Below are positions 6,064-10,461 of a stretch of 10,461 bases of DNA, piece by piece. The stretch's first letter is position 1, and the number at the start of each line of letters is the position of its first letter. Made by a program: the position numbers and the translations under genes. A model generated the notes under the pieces. It was not told the DNA's origin and searched no databases. It saw only the letters and a program-made list of their open reading frames with translations. The DNA lies in assembly GCA_041737595.1 (NCBI GenBank), contig JBGSRK010000006.1, positions 1 through 10,461 on the forward strand, read 5' to 3'. This DNA is from Patescibacteria group bacterium. GTDB taxonomy: Bacteria; Patescibacteriota; CPR2; UBA1875.

Positions 6064-7428
6064 GTGTTAAATAAAGAACTGAATTATCATTTTATTGGTA
6101 TTGGCGGGATAGGTATGAGTGGGCTCGCTCATATTTTACTTAATCGTGGTTATAAAGTATCTGGTTCTGATAGTGTTAAAAGTAATATTACTGATAAATT
6201 AAGCAATAATGGTGCCAAAATATATTTAGGTCAGAAAAAAGAAAATATTACTGGTGCCGACGTTATTATATTTTCAGCTGCAATAAATGAAAAAAATCCA
6301 GAATATTCCGAGGCTAAAAAAAGAAATATTAAATTATTGCGCAGGTCTGAGCTTTTGGGCTTATTAATGAGCGAAAAAAGGGGGATAGCAATAGCCGGGA
6401 CTCATGGTAAAACTACAACCTCAACAATGCTTGGGATGATTTTAGAGGATTCAGGATTGGACCCTGCAATGGCAATAGGGGGTGAGGTTAAAAATATTGG
6501 GGGTAACGCCAAAGATGGTAAGGGAAATTTTTTTATTGCAGAAGCTTGTGAATATGACCGATCATTTTTAGATTTGAACCCTTGTGCTGCAATTATTACA
6601 AATATTGAAGAAGATCATCTTGATACTTATGGCGATTTGGATCAAATATTAAAAACTTTTTCAAAATTTATATCTCAAATAGATAAGAATGGGTTTTTGG
6701 TTATCTCTGCTTGGGATTCTAATATTGCAAAAACAATTTCACATTATAATGGTAAATTAATTGATTATGGTTTTTCAAATGGAAGATACCGAGCGAAAAA
6801 TATAAGAATTTGTGATCATAGTACTTATTTTGAAGTCTGGGATGAAAAAGATAAATTAGGTGAATTAAAACTTATTGTCCCAGGAGCTCACAACATTTTA
6901 AATTCACTTGCAGTTACAGCTTGTGCTCTCGAAATTGGAATTAAATTTTCTAAAATCAAAAATTCTCTCGAAAAATTTACCGGGGCAAAAAGAAGATTTG
7001 AAATTAAAGGGAAAAAAGATAATATTTTAGTTATTGATGACTATGCTCACCACCCTACAGAAATTCAAGCAACGCTTGATGGGTTAAAGAGCTATTACCC
7101 AGAATCAAGAATTTGGTGTGTTTTCCAAGCACATCAATATTCAAGAACAAGATTTTTACTTTCAGACTTTTCAAAATCATTTGAAGGTATAGAAAATGTA
7201 ATCATCTCTGAAATATATGAAGCCAGAGACACTGAAGAAGATAAAAAAGCAGTAAATGGGGGAATATTAGCCTCAGCAATAGATGAAATTAGCCATAATG
7301 CAAAATATATTTCTGATTTTGAATCGATTGTTGATTATTTAAAGAAAAATGTAAAATCCGGAGACATTATAATTACAGTTGGAGCAGGACCAATTTATAA
7401 AGTAGGGGAAAGTTTTTTAGAGTTATAA
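6064..7428 (+). CDS. murC: UDP-N-acetylmuramate--L-alanine ligase
   Basis: HFIGIGGIGMSG, VSGSD, P-loop AGTHGKTTTS, EACEY, TNIEEDHLD, GAKRRFE and DDYAHHPTEI motifs. Confidence 0.97.
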   Translation: MLNKELNYHFIGIGGIGMSGLAHILLNRGYKVSGSDSVKSNITDKLSNNGAKIYLGQKKENITGADVIIFSAAINEKNPEYSEAKKRNIKLLRRSELLGLLMSEKRGIAIAGTHGKTTTSTMLGMILEDSGLDPAMAIGGEVKNIGGNAKDGKGNFFIAEACEYDRSFLDLNPCAAIITNIEEDHLDTYGDLDQILKTFSKFISQIDKNGFLVISAWDSNIAKTISHYNGKLIDYGFSNGRYRAKNIRICDHSTYFEVWDEKDKLGELKLIVPGAHNILNSLAVTACALEIGIKFSKIKNSLEKFTGAKRRFEIKGKKDNILVIDDYAHHPTEIQATLDGLKSYYPESRIWCVFQAHQYSRTRFLLSDFSKSFEGIENVIISEIYEARDTEEDKKAVNGGILASAIDEISHNAKYISDFESIVDYLKKNVKSGDIIITVGAGPIYKVGESFLEL

Positions 7429-7457
7429 TTGACATTTGGTCAAAAATTAGATAAAAT
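7429..7457 (+). promoter_or_regulatory. Near-consensus sigma70 promoter for rpsP-khpA
   Basis: TTGACA (7429-7434), 17-nt spacer, TAAAAT (7452-7457). Confidence 0.8.
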
Positions 7458-7492
7458 CTTTTAGAAATATAGATTAAAAAAGGAATTCTTTC

Positions 7493-7960
7493 TTGCTAAC
7501 AATCAGACTAGTCAGAACCGGTAAAAAACATCAAGCATACTTCCGAGTTGTGGTTGCCGATAAACGAAAAGCTCCAGGAGCAAAATTTATTGAAATTTTA
7601 GGTAACTATGACCCACATTCTAAGAAACTAACGATTAAAAAAGAAAAATTAGAACAATATATGAAAAATGGCGCTCAGCCATCTAACACTCTTGCGAAAG
7701 TTCTTAAGAGTGAGAAGTTTGATTTACCAAAATGGGTAAATATTGTTGAAAAGAAAAAACCATCAAAAAAGAAAGAAGAAGAAAAAAAAGAAGTTAAACC
7801 AGCTGAAGTAGCTGAACCTGTTGAAGTAGTAAAAGAAGAAGAAAAAGCAGAAAAAAAAGAATCAGAAGAATTAATTGAAGAAAAAAATAATGATTCAAAA
7901 AAAGAAGACTCACCAAAAGAAGATGGTGAAGCTGAATCTCCAGAGAAAAGTGCAAAATAA
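7493..7960 (+). CDS. rpsP: 30S ribosomal protein S16 with a long charged C-terminal tail
   Basis: MLTIRLVRTGKKHQAYFRVVVAD...GAKFIEILGNYDP...GAQPS; TTG start with SD AAAGGA. Confidence 0.96.
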   Translation: MLTIRLVRTGKKHQAYFRVVVADKRKAPGAKFIEILGNYDPHSKKLTIKKEKLEQYMKNGAQPSNTLAKVLKSEKFDLPKWVNIVEKKKPSKKKEEEKKEVKPAEVAEPVEVVKEEEKAEKKESEELIEEKNNDSKKEDSPKEDGEAESPEKSAK

Positions 7961-7974
7961 CGAAAGGAAGAGAA

Positions 7975-8391
7975 ATGGCAGATAAAGATCAATTATTCGT
8001 TGAGTATGTTGCAAAAGAGTTAGTTGAAAAACCAGAAAAAGTTCAGGTAAAACGTTCTGTAGATGAAATGGGGGTTTTAATTGAACTAACTGTAGACAAA
8101 GATGATATGGGCGCAATAATCGGGAAAGAAGGTAAGACAGCAAAAGCAATGAGAACTTTACTTAGAGTTCTTGGTGCAAAAAACGATGCAAGAGTTAATC
8201 TTAAAATCGTAGAACCAGAAGGCTCAGAAAGACCAGAGAGAAAAACTGAAGAAGTAACTCCAGAAGAATCAAAAGAAGTAACCTCAGAAAAAACCGAAGA
8301 TGTAAAAGAAGTAGAAGAAATCAAAGAAGAAGTTAAGGAAGTTGCAGAAGAAGAATCTGATGAACGACCAATGGCTGATTTAGAACTATAA
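7975..8391 (+). CDS. khpA: KH-domain RNA-binding protein KhpA (YlqC family) with an acidic tail
   Basis: LVEKPEKVQV and DMGAIIGKEGKTAKAMRTLL (GxxG loop); canonical position after rpsP. Confidence 0.92.
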   Translation: MADKDQLFVEYVAKELVEKPEKVQVKRSVDEMGVLIELTVDKDDMGAIIGKEGKTAKAMRTLLRVLGAKNDARVNLKIVEPEGSERPERKTEEVTPEESKEVTSEKTEDVKEVEEIKEEVKEVAEEESDERPMADLEL

Positions 8392-8405
8392 ATATAAAAT
8401 TTTTT

Positions 8406-8442
8406 TAAAATGAGCAACCACAAATTGGGGTTGCTCATTTTA
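8406..8442 (+). terminator. Intrinsic terminator-like hairpin after khpA (possibly bidirectional)
   Basis: TAAAATGAGCAACC (8406-8419) / GGTTGCTCATTTTA (8429-8442) are perfect 14-bp arms that include the A and T tracts. Confidence 0.75.
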
Positions 8443-8453
8443 TAAGGTATAAT
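8425..8453 (+). promoter_or_regulatory. Putative promoter for trmD-tsaC
   Basis: TTGGGG (8425-8430), 17-nt spacer, perfect TATAAT (8448-8453). Confidence 0.55.
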
Positions 8454-8495
8454 ATATATAACAGTAAAATAACAGGGGCTCAGAAAGGCATTATT

Positions 8496-9173
8496 ATGAA
8501 AATAACCATTTTAACTCTATTCCCTAAAATGTTCGATGGATTTCTTAAGGAAAGTATAATAGGTCGTGCTCGAAAAAATGAAATAGTTGAAATAGAGAGT
8601 GTAAACATCCGTGATTTTGGTATAGGTTCCCGAAAACAGGTAGATGATACTCCTTATGGTGGCGGCGCAGGTATGGTTTTAAGAGTAGATGTTTTAGAAA
8701 AAGCTATCCGAGAGTTAAAATCTAATAATAAAAAACAAAAAAAATTAGTTATTCTACTTACTCCACAAGGTAAAAAATATCATCAAAAAAAAGCTAGAGA
8801 ACTCTCAAAATATAAAGGCGACATAATTCTTGTTTGTGGCCATTATGAAGGTTTTGATGAAAGAATACGTGAATATGTAGATGAAGAAATTTCAATTGGT
8901 GATTATGTCTTAACTGGCGGTGAAATTGCTGCTGCAGTAGTTACTGATTCAATTGTAAGACTTATGCCTGGAGTTCTTGGAAAAGAAGAATCACATCAAA
9001 ATGAATCATTTGAAAGCGTTACACTTGAACACCCACATTATACTAAGCCAGACGAATACGACGGGAAAAAAGTTCCAGATGTACTACTTTCTGGGCATCA
9101 TGCAGAAATATCAAAGTGGAGACGTGAAGAGGCAATAAAGAGAACAAAAAAGCGTCGGCCCGATTTAATTTAA
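8496..9173 (+). CDS. trmD: tRNA (guanine37-N1)-methyltransferase
   Basis: VDDTPYGGGAGMV, LTPQG, CGHYEGFDERI, SIGDYVLTGGE and VPDVLLSGHH motifs. Confidence 0.98.
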   Translation: MKITILTLFPKMFDGFLKESIIGRARKNEIVEIESVNIRDFGIGSRKQVDDTPYGGGAGMVLRVDVLEKAIRELKSNNKKQKKLVILLTPQGKKYHQKKARELSKYKGDIILVCGHYEGFDERIREYVDEEISIGDYVLTGGEIAAAVVTDSIVRLMPGVLGKEESHQNESFESVTLEHPHYTKPDEYDGKKVPDVLLSGHHAEISKWRREEAIKRTKKRRPDLI

Positions 9174-9740
9174 ATGTTTAAAGACCAAAAATTGATTGAT
9201 ATCCTAAACAATGGGGGGATAGCCGTTATCCCAACTGATACTATTTATGGAATTGTTGGAGATGCTTTAAATAAAAAAACTGTTGAAAGAATATATAAAA
9301 TTAAAAAAAGAACTCCTGAAAAACCACTAATAATATTGATATCTGAATATACAGATTTAGAAAAATTCGGGATATTAATAAATTCATATCAAAAAAAATT
9401 CCTCTCAAAATATTGGCCAGGCCCAGTAAGTGTTGCTCTGCCCTCTAAATTAAGTAGTTTAAAATATTTGGATCGAGGAACAGGTTATTTAGCATTTAGA
9501 ATGCCAAATAATAAAGATTTACAAACTTTAATTTCAAACACCAGGCCTATTGTTGCCCCAAGTGCAAACCCAGAAGGGGAAACACCTGCTTCAAATATCA
9601 AAATGGCTACTAAATATTTTGGCAAAAAGATAGATTATTATTTAGATGAAGGTCATATTGAAAGCCCAGCCTCTACACTTGTTTTATTAGAAAAAGACAA
9701 ATATATAGTCTTAAGAGAAGGTGTAATTAAAATTAAATAG
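9174..9740 (+). CDS. tsaC: L-threonylcarbamoyladenylate synthase (single-domain TsaC/YrdC type)
   Basis: PTDTIYGI, KKRTPEKPL, WPGP, AFRMP, APSAN and STLV...LREG motifs; no Sua5 C-terminal domain. The ATG directly follows the trmD TAA. Confidence 0.93.
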   Translation: MFKDQKLIDILNNGGIAVIPTDTIYGIVGDALNKKTVERIYKIKKRTPEKPLIILISEYTDLEKFGILINSYQKKFLSKYWPGPVSVALPSKLSSLKYLDRGTGYLAFRMPNNKDLQTLISNTRPIVAPSANPEGETPASNIKMATKYFGKKIDYYLDEGHIESPASTLVLLEKDKYIVLREGVIKIK

Positions 9741-9744
9741 AAGA

Positions 9745-9775
9745 AGAGCCCGACCGTGCAAGCACGGCGGGCTCT
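9745..9775. terminator. Strong GC-rich hairpin between convergent genes, probably a bidirectional terminator
   Basis: AGAGCCCG-A-CCGTGC-AA-GCACGG-CGGGCTCT; followed by TCTTCTATTT on - and GTATTTCT on +. Confidence 0.8.
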
Positions 9776-9798
9776 GTATTTCTGGTTAGGGAGATATT

Positions 9799-10068
9799 TT
9801 ACTCCCATTCATCCGAGGATGAGTTTACCGTCACTCGGATACGCTCAGGAGGGACCAGCCCCTCAAGAACGTTTTTGACCTTCTGCTCGAATTCCGGGTA
9901 TGTTCCCGGAACGTCGTTCAGTGTAACAGAGACGTCTACTCCTTCTTCGAGTTCTTCGAATTCGGTCAAGACATCTCTTTCGTGCCCAAGGGCATCTTCG
10001 ATTTCAAGGCCAATTCTTACGGCCTCAACATCTCCGACCCGTGGGTCTACTTTAATAACAAGGTTCAC
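9799..10068 (-). CDS. Small acidic hypothetical protein (89 aa)
   Basis: GTG start 6 nt after SD GGGAGG, with a consensus promoter upstream and a terminator downstream. Alternating hydrophobic pattern of a globular alpha/beta protein; no family recognised. Confidence 0.8.
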   Translation of the reverse strand: MNLVIKVDPRVGDVEAVRIGLEIEDALGHERDVLTEFEELEEGVDVSVTLNDVPGTYPEFEQKVKNVLEGLVPPERIRVTVNSSSDEWE

Positions 10069-10109
10069 GACTTTCCTCCCTTAACGTAGTGTACAATTGT
10101 CGCGATGAG

Positions 10110-10138
10110 ATTATATAATATATTTAAGATAAAGTCAA
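10110..10138 (-). promoter_or_regulatory. Near-consensus sigma70 promoter for the orphan gene
   Basis: On the - strand: TTGACT (10138-10133), 17-nt spacer, TATAAT (10115-10110). Confidence 0.8.
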
Positions 10139-10141
10139 TGA

Positions 10142-10461
10142 TTATTTAGATTTTTTAAGCGCAAAAGAGAATGTAGACCCTTTGCCTTCTTCAGAATCTG
10201 CCCAAATTTTACCACCATTTTTTTCAATAATTTGACGACAAATAAATAAACCAAGTCCTGTTCCCGATATACCTTTTGTATTTTCATTCTTAACCCGGTA
10301 AAATTTTTCAAAAAGCTTTTCTTGTTCTCCTTTTGACATCCCGTACCCATTATCTTTAATATGAGTGATAACACTATCTTCAGAAATTTCATTAAATATC
10401 TCTAAACTACCTCCACTGGGGGTATATTTAATAGCATTATCAATTAAATTTGTAATAACTT
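10142..10461 (-). CDS. Sensor histidine kinase, C-terminal HATPase_c domain (partial; continues beyond the window)
   Basis: The frame is open to the window edge: VITNLIDNAIKYTP (N box), IKDNGYGM (G1), LFEKFYRV (F box), GTGLGL (G2), SEEGKGSTFSF. The tracked 65-aa ORF is only its last part. Confidence 0.93.
   Translation of the reverse strand, partial: VITNLIDNAIKYTPSGGSLEIFNEISEDSVITHIKDNGYGMSKGEQEKLFEKFYRVKNENTKGISGTGLGLFICRQIIEKNGGKIWADSEEGKGSTFSFALKKSK

Noticed and set aside
1329-8438. Antisense and alternate-frame ORFs (1329-1679, 1577-1762, 2798-2980, 3812-3994, 4377-4607, 5061-5453, 7675-7992, 7910-8149, 8043-8438)
   Set aside because: They are shadows of well-supported genes; their Ser/Phe/Leu richness mirrors the Glu/Lys codons on the coding strand.
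9875-10084. 69-aa ORF on +
   Set aside because: Antisense shadow of the - strand orphan, which has the promoter, SD and terminator.
10135-10392. 85-aa ORF on -
   Set aside because: Alternate frame overlapping the histidine kinase domain, whose frame carries all the conserved boxes.

Overview
AT-rich bacterial chromosomal window made mostly of housekeeping genes on the + strand: the 3' end of an upstream CDS, then yceD(DUF177)-rpmF-nusB-rnc, an SMC-family ATPase, murC, rpsP-khpA and trmD-tsaC. Converging on the - strand are a small, GC-richer, acidic orphan gene with its own promoter, RBS and terminator, and the C-terminal HATPase domain of a sensor histidine kinase. The gene order (no plsX/fab genes after rpmF, no rimM between khpA and trmD) and the long charged protein tails suggest a Patescibacteria/CPR genome, which is an inference. 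The most notable items are: (1) an SMC with all ATPase motifs but no recognisable hinge or zinc hook, plus mirror-matched ~75-aa duplications in both coiled-coil arms; (2) a family of GTC-tagged REP-like palindromes with compensatory stem changes, one of which supplies the smc stop codon and a pair of which sits just before rnc; (3) a nested multi-stem, possibly pseudoknotted element between smc and murC; (4) the autonomous acidic orphan gene. I see no rRNA, tRNA, CRISPR array or transposase. Novelty cannot be established without database searches.
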